Positions 22,083-34,724 of a stretch of DNA of 64,000 nt are shown in pieces. The notes below the pieces were generated by a model. It did no database searches, was not told the origin of the DNA, and worked only from the letters and a program-made list of their open reading frames with translations. Each line of letters begins with the position of its first letter. The first letter of the stretch is position 1. The stretch is taken from NCBI RefSeq assembly GCF_006345805.1, contig NC_042997.1, positions 212,412,001-212,476,000 of the forward strand. The letters are read 5' to 3'. Position numbers and translations under genes: made by a program. This DNA comes from Octopus sinensis. Taxonomy: Eukaryota.

Positions 22083-23290
22083 AAGCTATTTCTTGCATGC
22101 ATCAAAGACGTTTGGTCTGACCATCAGCATTCAGAAAACTGATCTTGTCAATCAACCCATTTGTGACCGTCTTCCTACTGTTTCCCTACTCTACATGTTG
22201 ATGGGAAAGCATTAAAAACCGTTTCCTCCTTCATTTATCTTGGTTCCATTGTGTTGATGATGTGAAGATGGATAAAGAAAAAGAGTCCAGAATTGGAAAG
22301 GCTAGCTCCGCTTTTGGTAAGCTTTATCACAGGCTATGAAACAGCCACAACATATCGTTGAAAGTGAAAGTTAATGTATATGTATAATTCAGTGGTCTTA
22401 ACAGCATTGCTTTATGAAGCGTAATCTTTGACTCTGTTCCAAAAGCACATCAACCAGCTTGACACTTTTCATATGCGATGCTTGCATACTATCTCCAACA
22501 TAAAGCCGAGTGACCATATTCATAACAGTGAGGTACTAACAAAATGCAACATATCAGGTGTGGAAGCCATCCTCATCAAAATACAGCTTAGATGGTCAGG
22601 TCATCTCTCACATATGAGTGATATCCAAAGTAACTTCTCTTTGGCCAAAGGTCAGTTGGAAGGCCACTCTTGTGCTTCAAAGACAAACTAAAAGACAATC
22701 TGAAACGATGCAACATTCCCTTTTCTTCCTGGGAGATCAAAGCATCAGATTACAGAACCCGGTGCCAGTCCTGCTTCTCCTCACTTCAAAGATTTGAGCA
22801 AAGTTGACTCCAACTTTGGGACCAACTTCAAGCAAGCATGAAGGCTCGCTGGCAAAACGCTGCTTCTCTGAATGGAAACCTATTTCTTTACTACCTCCAA
22901 GGGGCTAAACACAGAGAGGACAGACAAACGGATTAAGTTGATTATATCGCCACCAGTGTGTAACTGCTACTTATTTAATCGACCCCGAAAGGACGAAAGG
23001 CAAAGTTGACCTCAATGGAATTTGAACTCAGAACGTAGAAGCAGATGAAATACCGCTAAGCATTTCGCCCGACGTGCTAACATTTCTGCCAGCTCCTCTG
23101 AATGGAAACCTTAAATGTCATTGTAGTTTTGTGGTAGGAAGTAAAGCAGGTCTTGCCTTCCACTCAAGAAAACTCATAGTAAATGATCTACAAGCCCTCA
23201 AGCAAACTGAGTCCTCAACTTGTTCCATTTGCCTAAAGGTTTGCAAGGAACCAGCCGGCCTCAAAGAGACACATTCATGTCCATAGGACA
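22083..23290 (+). mobile_element. RTE-BovB-like LINE 3' fragment interrupted by a family A SINE
   Basis: SRIGKASSAFGKL..KVKVNVY; ORF 22428-22691 HINQLDTFHMRCL..IQLRWSGHL; C-terminal TCSICLKVCK. Confidence 0.85.
22882..23095 (-). mobile_element. SINE family A with 16-bp TSD
   Basis: TSD ctctgaatggaaacct at 22866-22881 and 23096-23111. Confidence 0.9.
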
Positions 23291-23807
23291 TGATTAATAC
23301 TATATTTTACTGAACCCTTATTTTGTTGTTCATGACCAGAGAAGCCATCATATATATATATCAAAACAGGAGATAGGAAAACTTTTTGGCATTATTTATT
23401 CACCATTACACATGTTTCATTTGCTAGTAGGAATTACAAAACTGTACAGATATTAGAAGACATACAAGATATCTCATATTACAAATTCTTCAGATTGAGA
23501 ATCAAATGATACCAAAAAATGTTCCAATCTTGTGTTTTGATATTATTATTCTGAAGAAAATATTTTCTGGTATTTTTAACTTTTATGCATACCTCACACA
23601 AATATCACATCTACATTCAGATTTGGAAAACTGAAATAAACAGCTGTGCCTCAAGAGGACACATCTTGGATTTTAACCCTATTGATATAAAACATATATG
23701 TGTCTGTCTGTGTGTATTCTCATCATTTCCTGTTGTTGTCTTTGCTTGCTTCAAACCATTTTGTTTTATTTCATTTTATTTTATAATTTTTTTTTTTTTA
23801 CTTACAG

Positions 23808-23912
23808 AGGGAATTAAAGTTGCAAAATCCACATCAATAAATAATCTTTTAAAATCTGAATTCTGGCTTATAGTAAACAACAGGGAATATCATGTCACAC
23901 CTCCTGAACAAA
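23808..23912 (+). CDS. MCU: MCU coding exon (N-terminal domain; equivalent to human residues ~131-166)
   Basis: Poly-T tract plus cttacag acceptor and gtaagt donor; encodes (x)GIKVAKSTSINNLLKSEFWLIVNNREYHVTPPEQ(T), versus human GVRVAASTGIDLLLLDDFKLVINDLTYHVRPPKRD; phase 1/1; splices in frame to 51538. Confidence 0.95.
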
Positions 23913-24727
23913 GTAAGTACAAAGACTTTCTCGCTTTACTTTTTCAATCCTAAATTTCATTCAGTATATTTTAATTATAACATTAATTATAACTGCAGTA
24001 TCTTGTGGATCTACAATCTTCACTGTCTACAAACTGCCAATGGTTTATAAACCTTTATAATTGGCATCACCTTTTGGTTCCATTTCAAGTTGTCACTCAT
24101 TATTCAACATATATTCTTATTTGGTCAATCTCACTGAGTGAAACTTCTCTCAGCCTGTCTTCTACCTTCACTGACTTGAATTGTTTTAAATATCTTATCT
24201 TATAATATTCTTTGATGAGAGTCTGATTTCTTTGCAAAGTGGTTACAGTACAAAATATTTAGGATCTCCCCTTAACCATCACCACATTAACTAACTCTCT
24301 CAGTCCTTCTTAGCTAAAAACGTCTATAATACTTTTTTTTTATTATTTATTTACACCTGGTGTTGCTACTTTCTTTATTCCCTCCAATCCGGTCACTTCT
24401 CTCTTTACACTTCTCCATTTAGTTCCGTGCCACCTACTGCTTGTTTCGGGCTCTGTTTCAACCCCTCAGATTTGTGATCATCCTGCAGTCTTCTGCATTT
24501 AAGTTTTTTAATTCTTTCTCACTGTCTAACAAACTGTTGTCCAGCTCCAGTTGGAAGTTGACCCTTATTTAGAAAGATATTTCAACTTTCTTACTTCTAA
24601 CAATAGAATTTACATCATGGAGTTCCAGAAATTCTGTTATGTCAGTTCAATGTTGCTTGTGCTCTCACCACGGATTGACTCCATTCACACCCATGTAGCA
24701 GCCTGTCGTGTATATATATATATATAT

Positions 24728-24995
24728 GTGAAGGGGCATAGCGTAGTGGTTAGGGTGTTGCACTTGAGATGGCGAGATCATGGGTTCGATTCCCAGACTA
24801 GGTTATTTTGTTGTGTTCTTGAGCCAAGCACTTCACGTTGCTCTGCAATCATTTCATGTGACATGTGGCACATGGTGCACCTGTACAGGTAATGTCGATT
24901 TGATGGAAGCTGTGACCTTTTGTGTACACAAACATTTGGTCACAATAAACAAATCATCCGTGTGGTTGTTTGGCAAGAAATCGCTGAAACCTCAT
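24728..24995 (+). mobile_element. tRNA-derived SINE related to families D/E
   Basis: agcgtagtggttagggtg..gggttcgattccc head followed by gttgtgttcttgagccaagcacttcac. Confidence 0.75.
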
Positions 24996-25030
24996 ACATT
25001 GTCTAACAACAGGAGAGTCCATTTTATATA

Positions 25031-25290
25031 TCATCATCATCATCATTTAACGTCCGTTTTCCATGCTGGCATGGGTTGGATGGTTCAACCGGGGTTTGCA
25101 CCAGGCTCCAATCTGATCTAGCAATGTTTCAACAGCTGGAAGCCCTTCCTAATGCCAACCACTCTGAGAGTGTAGTGGGTGCTTTTTACATGCCACTACC
25201 ACTGAGGGGCCAGTCAGGTGGCACTGGCATCGACCACGTTTGAATGGTGCTTTTTACATGCCACCAGCAGCATTGGCATTGGCCACAATT
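25031..25290 (-). mobile_element. RTE 3'UTR/tail fragment
   Basis: catcatcatttaacgtccgttttccatgctggcatgggttgga..ctggaagcccttcctaatgccaaccactc. Confidence 0.85.
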
Positions 25291-25294
25291 ATGC

Positions 25295-25336
<42 letters not shown>

Positions 25337-25659
25337 GTTAGATAGAAAGTGAATGGGAGATGTGTGTGTGCACGTGATGTCAAATTATGGCACTTAACTC
25401 TTTCAACCCATTTAGCTTTGAACTTTCTGGCCCCTAGTTGTCTTGTATAGAATTGAATATTAGTCTAACTTTTGTTCAAGTGTTTCTCAAGGTTTGGTAA
25501 ATTCGGTTCCCGTCTGCTCGCAGGATATTGCTCCTATTGGCTGTCAGGGAACTCGTCTGCCTTTGACATGCCTTTACAAATGGCGTCCTCTTAATCCGTT
25601 TTGTTTTATTCCACTTTTAATGTTACTTATGTGGAATGCAGGGAGGAGGAGGGATTTAT

Positions 25660-25943
25660 TGGTTGCCAGCATCGCCTGGCCCCGAGCCGGTGACACGTAA
25701 AAGCACCATCCGTTCGTGGCCGTTCGCCAGCTCTGTCTGGCACCTGTGCAGGTGGCACGTAAAAAACACCCACTACACTCGCGGAGTGGTTGACGTTAGG
25801 AAGGGCATCCAGCCATAGAAACACTGCCAGATCTGACTGGGCCTGACGAAGCCTTCCAGCTTCACAGACCCCAGTTGACCCGTCCAACCCATGCTAGCAT
25901 GGAAAACGGACGCTAAACGATGATGATGATGATGATGATGATG
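25660..25943 (+). mobile_element. RTE 3'UTR/tail fragment, inverted relative to 25031-25290
   Basis: ..ccaacccatgctagcatggaaaacggacgctaaacgatgatgatg. Confidence 0.88.
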
Positions 25944-27199
25944 AATCAATTAAGAATTATTATTTGGAAACCAGTTTTCCTTCAGGGAAGATATTCTTTT
26001 TGGAATATAGATTTCTGTTAACAACAACCTTTGAACGCATTTGATCAATTTAATCTACTTGGTTTGTACAAGGAACATTAAACCAACATCAGTTAATAGG
26101 GTTGGTGGTGGTGGTCGTGGTGGTGGGGATTGATTAATCAAACATTCTGACTTAATCCTATTACTCATTAAAATGTCATCCCAACTCATTCCTGCATTTC
26201 AGATCAATGCTTACACGAAAACTCATATTTCATTGTAAAACATCCACCATGTTAACAGCTGTTGAATCCTTTTGTCAGAAATGTTTTGTTGGAGGGGGAA
26301 CATGTGGAGCAAATGAAGAACTTGATCTGTTGTACAAATGAGAACAAACACAGCCCTGTAAACGGTTTTCTCCTACTCTAAGCTCAAAGCCTGACATTTT
26401 GAGGGAAGGGGTCAGTCATTTACATCATCTCCAGTGTCTCACTGGTACTTAATTTATCGACCCCAAAAGGATGAAAAGCAAAGTCAACCTTAGCAAATTT
26501 CAATGCAAAATGTTTTATTGTGTGTGTGTGTTTTAATTTTTTTGTATTTATAAGAGTAAACTATCCAATGTATTTTTATGTTATTTAAGAATTTTAGATA
26601 GCAGGATGTGGTTTGTGAGAAATTTGGCTGCTATTTCCAATGGGTCATGGAGACCATTTCCTTTGTTGGACACTTAGACCAGCCGACATGGTGTGATGCT
26701 TCCTTGTTGGGTTGGGCAGCAATGCCGTTGGAAACAACTCTGTTGTACTTTGTATTTCAATTCTTGAGAGAGGTGATTGATGAAAGGTTGGTGTGAGATG
26801 TGAGTTATTTAGAAACAGTGTGATAAGTGGGGAGCGGAATAGCTGACAGAGTTTTAGTTTCATTTAGAGATACGCTTATACTTGCATCATTATCATAAAT
26901 ATCCAGATCATAAAATAACTTTTAAAGTTTATATTTTCTCTGTAAACTTAGAATCTTACTCTGGATATTCATGTTATTTTATGACAAGTTGTTTTCACTG
27001 GTCAGTTTTTCTGTCCTTGCCAACCATATAGTTATAAACAGCCCTCTTCTTTAGCTCCATGGGATTTTTCCCTATTCACTTACACCTCAGTATTGTTTCT
27101 TTATTTCATAATTTTGTGAGATGGAAGGGGTTTTACAAGTTGTCCAAGACCAAATAATATCAATCTAGGCTGCTGTTTCTCTTTCAATGGTTACATGTT

Positions 27200-27490
27200 A
27201 CCAGCTGCAGCAAAAGGCATGGGTCAGGAGGAAATTCCAAGGAGCAAACATTGTGAGGGAAAATGACTGAGTGTGTTTGGGTGGATGGACTCACCCTGGG
27301 TGGCACAGAATCAGCCAGTTCTGCTGGTCAGAATACACCGCCCATGTGTGGATTAGCCAATCACTTGAATATCCTTCTTTCAGCTGCTGCCTGTGCATCA
27401 AATAGCTGCACCAACTTTCCAGATGTGGGAGCAGAAATCCATTGTGAGTCTCACCTGACAGAGATTCCAGTTGTTGAGGCTTGAAGAGGA
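27200..27490 (-). mobile_element. Old LINE C-terminal remnant (Jockey/CR1/L2 group)
   Basis: Minus frames QVRLTMDFCSHIWKVGAA and APWNFL resemble the Q.RP..EYCSHIW and WNSLP motifs. Confidence 0.5.
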
Positions 27491-27825
27491 TTTGTTATTA
27501 GTAAGATAGGATTGACAAAAGGTCAACATAAATTTATAAGGATTTATAAATGTAGTTCCTATTTGTAAACACAAATAGGTTTTTTTTCTTGCATGAATTT
27601 AATTTCTCTAGATCAGTTTTAATTGATGGCCTGTAAATGCCATTAAAAGTGTTTCCTAACTTTCAGTCAGACATGGCTAATTATTCTGATCCATTGATTT
27701 AACTTTCTCGCATAACTGGTGCAAACATAAAGCAATAATGAGGAAACCATCAATTAATTGAGGCCTTAAAATCTGGCCATAATTTCTGTTCAGTACCAAA
27801 CTCCATTTTTGTGTGTTACCTTTGG

Positions 27826-28058
27826 AAGGCGGTGAGCTGGCGGAAACGTTAGCACGCCAGGCGAAATGCGTAGCCATATTTCGTCTGCAGCTACGTTCTG
27901 AGTTCAAATTTCGCTGAGGTCGACTTTGCCTTTCATCCTTTCGGGGTCGATTAAGTAAGTACCAGTTACGCACTGGGGTCGATATAATCGACTTAATCCG
28001 TTTGTCTGTCCTTGTTTGTCCCCTCTATGTTTAGCCCCTTGTGGGTAGTAAAGAAATA
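27826..28058 (+). mobile_element. SINE family A
   Basis: High similarity to 2403-2641. Confidence 0.9.
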
Positions 28059-28855
28059 GGTAGAGCTCTTTGCAATTAGAAATAAAAGATACATTCTTTC
28101 ATTTTTGGTATTTTATCAAAATAGATTCCAGCAAGATTTTTGCTTTATTTTTGATTTTTGTTTTACTGATTTTTAAGAAAATAAATAAAATTTAAATGAT
28201 GAATTACTATACATTATATAACTTATTGTTTTCTTTTTCATTCAAAAATTATTATATAATTTTAGTTATTACATTTTTTACTTTTAATTTTCATCAGATT
28301 GATTTTTAAATCAATAGTATTCCTTAATGTAGATCAATCAATGAATCAGTAAGTTCTTCTTTCACAAAACATTGCATCTTTAACAGTGGATGTGTATCTA
28401 GATCCATTTCACCTTCCCTTCCTGGATCATCCCTCTTACTGTATTTGCCGTTCATTTATTTAACCCTAGGAATGCCACAGCTACACAATCTCAGTTTATT
28501 GTTGTTACATCACCATATTTACAGGCAATTCTACAGGGTGTGGCAAACAAACCCCTCATATTGTAGCTGGTCATTGGTGTAAAATGTAAGTAGGAAATAT
28601 TCTGCTACACCATACTTAACAGTAGCAGAGCTTCACTATTTTGGGTTATTCTAGTACAGAGTCTAAGTCACCGTATTTACAGTTTCCATATATATTTTTG
28701 ACATATCCTACCTCAGTGGAAGAAAAAATCAAAATGGTCTGCACAGCAGCATTTATTCGACAGGGGATCAAAGAATTCTCCAAACTGCAGTCTCTAAACA
28801 GCCAGTACACAGCAGTTTTAGAAATGAAACTCTTCTAATTAATTATAGTAAAACA

Positions 28856-29045
28856 CATCATCATCATTCATTTGCCATGCTGGCACGGGTTGGATGGTTG
28901 ACAGGGGCTGGGAGCCATATCAGGGGCCATCATATTTTGGCATGGTTTCTACAGCTGGATGCCCTTCCCAATACCAACCACTTTACAGAGTGTACTAAGT
29001 GTTTTTCTATATGGCACCATCACTGAGAGGGTCACCAATTACCTT
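28856..29045 (-). mobile_element. RTE 3' tail fragment
   Basis: Shared tail motif. Confidence 0.75.
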
Positions 29046-29282
29046 ACAAGACAAAAAAGGCAACAAACCCTCTGCTTGGATGGGGTAAATATTTAACAAT
29101 ATAATTCATCTCCTCTAATTCTCAAAAGCTTTTCAAAGAATCTTGCCAAGTTCCACCTTGCCAGTTATTACCATTTTACTGGTTCCTGGCAGGAAGCCGC
29201 AGCCATGCTGGGCTGCATTGTTTTACTTAGAATTTTTTAAATTTCTATTTTGCTATTTAAAAGAATATTTTCAGTTAGGCTC

Positions 29283-29645
29283 AGGCATCACTGTGTGGTA
29301 AGAAGCTTACTCCTTAACCACATGGTTCCAGGTTCAGTCCCACTGCATGGTGCCTTGTGCAAATGTCTTCTGCTATAGCCTCAGGCCGACAAAAGCCTTG
29401 TGACTAGATGTAGTAGACAAAAACTGAAAGAAGCCTATCGTGTGTGTGTCTTTGTGTCTCTCCCCCACCCCACTGCTTGACAACCAATGCTGATGTGTTT
29501 ATGTTTCTGTAACTTAGCAGTTTGACAAAAGTGACTGATAAAATAAGTACCAGGTTCTAAAAAGAAGCAAAAAAAAAAAAAAAACGACGACTGGGGTTCA
29601 TATATTCAACTAAAAACCCTCCAAGTTTGTGCTCCAGCATGGCCA
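29283..29645 (+). mobile_element. SINE family B, near complete
   Basis: tgtgtggtaagaagc..ccaggttcagtcccactg head through ctccagcatggcc end. Confidence 0.85.
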
Positions 29646-30239
29646 AAGGTTTTATAATTGTTTAATTTTACTATTTTGAAATGTATTTTATAGAAACTTT
29701 TCTTCGTTGTTGAAGTTGGTTTATTTGTCAGAAGTAAACCATTAAACGTTTTTGGTGCTTCTCAAAGTCACTCTCTGAACAATGGCAAAGAGCGCATCAG
29801 GAAACAAACGGTCAACTTTTCAAATCTGTTTTTTTCTCAAAATACATTGTGTGTTCAGTTTCTCCAGGACAGAGTTTATTTTATTTATTCATCTGTGTGT
29901 GTGTTAAAAGCTAATTTCTTTCAACGTGAAAGTTGTTAGTATTTGTGTAAACAACCTTATCGCATATTTATTGTTGGTAGAAGTCAGTTACCTTTGTGAG
30001 ACCAATAAGTACAAGGGAACTCCTCTTGAAAATGTCGTCTTCGTATTCTGGAAGTAGCTGGTCCCTTATGATAAATGACATGCCAACATGTACAGTCAGT
30101 ACAATTACTTTCAGCAATATCTACCTAGTCCTAGCACTTGTCTACAAACAAAGGGGCCAATTTCTGGGCCCAGACTCCCAAGCATACATCCAGTTCTAAA
30201 ACTGTTTAAGCAAGATTTTCATTCTAATTATCTTTTATC

Positions 30240-30545
30240 TTCTATCTTTTCCTTGTTTTAGTCTTAAGACGGTAGCCATGCTGGGGCGCCACCTTCAGGA
30301 ATTTTAGTCAAATGAATCAGCCCCAGGATTTATTTTTCATTTAAGTCTAGCACTTATTCTATCGATCTCGTTTGCCAAACTGCTACAAGGGCTTCTTTCA
30401 GTCTCTGTTTACCAAATCCACTCACAAGGCTTTGGTTGGCCCTAGGCTGTAGTAGAAGACACTTGCCCAAGGTGCCACACAGTGGGACTGAACCTGGAAC
30501 CATGTCGTTGGGAAGCAAACTTCTTACCACACAACCATGCATGTT
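30240..30545 (-). mobile_element. SINE family B
   Basis: Reverse complement of family B. Confidence 0.8.
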
Positions 30546-30894
30546 TTGCTTGCTTGTTTGTTTTTGTTTTTTTTTCATAAATACTAAAAATTTACCTGAA
30601 ATTGGTTTGGTTCTTTCTCATCATCATCATTTTAACATTTACTTTTCTATGCTTTCGTGAGTCAGACTGAATTCGTTAAAGCAGGTTTTATACAGCAGGA
30701 TGCTCTTTCTGTTGCCAACTGTCACTTGCTTCCAAGCAAGGTAACATGGCTCCCCCTCGTGACCAGACATGTTTTCACTGTTGATTGGAAATGAAGGGCA
30801 TCTTTTGTGTGATGGTTGTTTGTTTACAACTATCATGCAGTGTCAAGGTAAAGAGATGCTATCACACACAAACACAAACATACACATACACAAC

Positions 30895-30934
<40 letters not shown>

Positions 30935-31504
30935 ATGGGTCTCTTGTGCAAACAGAACAAAGAGCACAGAAACGGGGCCAGTGGGTTTTTTTGTTAATTA
31001 TGAAAACAATGAAGGAGGTATTTGAATTACGATGATTAGGAAACTAAATTCAATAACTTTTTCTGTTTCACTTGTAACTATTTTTAGTTTTCACCTGCCA
31101 TTAAGCCAGTCTGTGTTTATGAAATGAAAGAATCAGTGAACTTGAGCAGTCAATCTAGTTCAGGTGTGCAAACTTTTATTCCTGTCCCACTGGGGTTTAA
31201 CCTAAATCAATAACACAGCTTTTATATATTTAACCTGAAACAACAATAATGACAGTTTCTCCTTCCTTTCTCTCTCTCTCTCTCATCAATACTATTGATT
31301 AGACAAATGCCATTAACTGTGCTGAGCATGAAATATATTTCCCAGTAATTTTAGATGGTTATATTGACCCCAGCATTTTACCTAGTAATTATGTTATCAA
31401 TCTCATTTTTGTCAAATGGTTATGTCCACCTTGGCTTAAATCCACAGGAATCTCAGTATTCAAATGCAACAAAGTGTTTTTACAGCTCATTGGTTTGTAG
31501 ATCA

Positions 31505-31900
31505 AACCTCAGTAACAAAGCATCGGATGGTGCTTTTTATATGCCACCGGCACCGAAGCCAGTCAAAGCGGCACTGGCATCGGCCACGTTTGGTTGGTGC
31601 TTTTTACGTGCTACTGGCATGGGGCTCACAACTACAATTTCCATTTGGTTTGATCTTGATATTGTTGTTGATGTTGATGTACTTGACTCAATAGGTCTCC
31701 TCAAGCACGGCATGTTGCCCTACAATCCAAGGTACTTTTGTGTGGGCTGGTTATGCACACTGGTGTAGGTTACAGCTGTGGACTTACTTTATTTGCCGGG
31801 TCTTCTCAGTCACAGCATACCTCCAGAGGTCTCGGTCTTTTGTCATTGCCTCTGAGGCCCAACGTTTGAAGGTCATGCTTCACCACCTCATCCCATGTCT
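31505..31900 (-). mobile_element. RTE 3' fragment
   Basis: Reverse complement encodes TWDEVVKHDLQTLG, followed by 3'UTR subrepeats. Confidence 0.8.
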
Positions 31901-31909
31901 TGAATAAAA

Positions 31910-32370
31910 CTGACTGGGCAAAGTTCAGAGTTACTACCTTTGTTGGTAAAGAAGGGCCTCTCCCTTGCGTATATACAAACAGCATTGCTACATGTTAGTG
32001 AAACACAGGCTGTGACTGCAGAGAACATGTGAAGGCTTGAAAGAAATGAAGCCAGCAGTCTCTGTTGAGTGTAGGATATCAGTGTGCACATAGGACAAAT
32101 GGTAAATGTTTGGGGAGACAAAATGGATACAAGGCATCAGATGAAGTATGCAAGAGAGAAGCCTACACTCGTAAGGTCATGTAGTTAGTATGGATGAGGA
32201 GGAGGAGAGCTGCATAAAGAAGTGCTGGTCTGTAATTGTGGAGGGAACTTGTGGAAAGGGTAGACCGAGGAAGATGTGGGACGAAGTGGTGAGAAATGAT
32301 CTTCAGATTTTGAGTCTCACAGAGGAGATGAACAACTGGCGATTTGCTGGACTTGAGAAAATCTAAGTTA
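31910..32370 (+). mobile_element. RTE RT C-terminal fragment (different subfamily, opposite strand)
   Basis: WAKFR..RLERNEAS..EGTCGKGRPRK.WDEVVRNDL in broken frames. Confidence 0.75.
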
Positions 32371-32379
32371 GAGCCAAAA

Positions 32380-33000
32380 GTAAAAATGTGTCCCCACTTC
32401 CCCACCAACCTACCTTCCATCACTTATGCCCACCACCACTGTACTCACCTCCATTCCCCCTCACATACCTACCTGCACAATATGTTCCTATCAAATCCTT
32501 TCCCCCATAACATATCCTCCCAACACCCTCTCCCTCCACCCTACTCATTAAATTCTCTGCCCACCCCCACCTCCCACTTTCCTTTCACAGTCTCTTGAAC
32601 CCACTCACCCTCTCCAATCCCTGGTCCACCTCACTATATACCCCTCACTGTAACTTGGGTGTATGGCCCTCTTCCCCCCCTCCACAAAACATCTTCATTC
32701 TTCTCTGCTTTCTTTCTCTCCATTTGAGAGATAGCAATATTCCTCTTCCAACGCAAGATGCTTTTCCACTCCTCAATGCTACTGGGAAGGGTTAGGGATT
32801 GTCCTGCAAGTTATTTGGTACCATGGAGAAAGCACCTGTTCCACACTCTGCAAAGTGGTTGGCATTATCAGGAAGGGCATCCAACCATAGAAACCATTCC
32901 AAAGCAAAGCTTGGTGCAATTTTCTGATTTGCTTGTTCCTGTTGCACTGTCCAACTCATGCCAGCAAAGAAACTGGACATTAAATGATGATGATGATGTA
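32380..33000 (+). mobile_element. C/T-rich tract followed by an RTE-type tail
   Basis: Pyrimidine-rich ~400 nt, then cacactctgcaaagtggttggcatt..ttaaatgatgatgatg; same layout at 39640-40640 and 55990-56870. Confidence 0.6.
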
Positions 33001-33294
33001 GAGTGTGCTGTCACAGCTTTTGACGTTTCCTTTTTGCAAAGAACTTGACATTTTGAATTTACAGAAAAATTAAAATTTATGGTGACTCCTCATTAAACTG
33101 TAGCCATGATAAAATATATGGAAGGTAAATACGCTCATGCACACACATTGGCTGTAGATATTCAACAAAAGACCAATCATGATTTCTTCCTCGTCGGGTT
33201 TAATATTTAAATACCACATTTTTTTTTTTTTAAATCATGGTAAAGATTTAAAATTATGAACAAATATCAACAAAAAAGTGCATTGTTTTTCTAG

Positions 33295-33527
33295 CACCAT
33301 CCGATCGTGGCCGTTTGCCAGCCTCGTCTGGCACCTGTGCAGGTGGCACATAAAAAGCACCCACTACACTCATGGAGTGGTTGGCATTAGGAAAGGCATC
33401 CAGCTGTAGAAACACTGTCAGATCAGACTGGGCCTGGTGCAGCCTCCTGGCTTCCCAGACCCCAGTTGAACCGTCCAACCCATGCTAGCTTGGAAAACGG
33501 ACGTTAAACGACGATGATGATGATGAT
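33295..33527 (+). mobile_element. RTE 3'UTR/tail fragment
   Basis: Shared tail motif ending in (GAT)n. Confidence 0.88.
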
Positions 33528-33680
33528 TTTATTTACATTATGATTTCTTGAATTACATTTTGAAATTGGTTTGAGGAAAGAGATTTTCCATCTTATATTT
33601 GTCATGTCTGTGTGTTGCTTGTATTTATCTTGAGGTGGTGTGAGGGAGTGAATGAGTTTCCAGTAGTTATCTTGAAATTA

Positions 33681-33925
33681 TATTATTTACACTTGACAGA
33701 TATTTGTCCTCATCTTGTTTGTGGTTAACACAACGTTTCGGCTCCAGTCTTCATCAGGTGTCTTGGGGAAATTTTGAACATGGGTTCTCATTCCTAAAAT
33801 TCTTTTTTCAAAGTTGTTGTTTTTATTATTATTATTATTCATGTCACTGCCTGGAATCGAACTCAGAATCTTGGGGTTAGTAGCCTGCGCTCTTAACCAC
33901 TACGCCATATGCCTGTTGCCATATG
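33681..33925 (-). mobile_element. tRNA-headed element with (AAT)n linker and hammerhead-bearing PLE-like tail (motif 33728-33761)
   Basis: Minus strand: A box tggcgtagtgg, B box gagttcgattcc, (aat)n, ttaggaatgagaaccc, ACAC-CTGATGA-A-gactggagcc-GAAA-CGTT-GTGT, end gtaaataata. Confidence 0.75.
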
Positions 33926-34094
33926 TTGCTTCATCAGGTCGTTAAGAAATTCTTTTCCTAATCATGTGGTGCTCGGTTCAATCCCATTATGTGCTTTCTT
34001 GAGCAGGTTTCTTCTATAACCTCAGGTCTTGAGAATAGAATTTGGTTGATGAAAACTGTGGAAGTTCATTGTGCATGTGTGTGGGTAACATCTT

Positions 34095-34215
34095 CGTTAT
34101 TATTATTATTCAGGTCACTGCCTGGAATTGAACTCAGAATCTTGGGGTTAGTAGCCCACGCTCTTAACCACTATGCATATGCCCGTGGGCATATCCGTCA
34201 AACGTAAATAATGTA
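34095..34215. mobile_element. Second head of the same family, with palindromic centre and plus-strand 3' terminus
   Basis: Minus-strand tRNA head 34111-34183; palindrome ATATGCCC-gt-GGGCATAT (34177-34194) fused to ccgtcaaacgtaaataatgta, which matches 14788-14812. Confidence 0.7.
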
Positions 34216-34724
34216 TCTTCGTAATTGTGTTACATCCACATTTCATGCTCGTGTGTGTGTGTGTATATATATATACACACCTGTACAAGATGTGTCAAAA
34301 CATGTAAGTCAGGTATTGTATTAAATAGGGTTTCAATATATTTAACTAAAACCATTTGGCACTGTATTCTAGCATGGCCACACTCAATTAGCTAAAAACC
34401 AATTAAAAGTAAAATAAAAGAACGATATCAGGAAGTTTTATGCAAGACATTCTAGAATTTTCTGACTTTTGGCATATTTCCACTTTTGTGATATAGATTT
34501 AACATTGGATTAAATAATGACCCTTTCTACTGCAGGGTACAAGGCCTGAAATTCCGTGTGGAAGGTGTGGTCAATTACGTTGACTTCAGTATTTAACTGG
34601 TTTATATTTTCTTAACCCCAAAAGGATGACACATAAAGTTAGCCTTGGCAGAATTTGAACTCAGAACATAGGCAGCTTGTCAGTCTCCAAATAAAATAAT
34701 AAGAATAATAATCATAAATATCCG

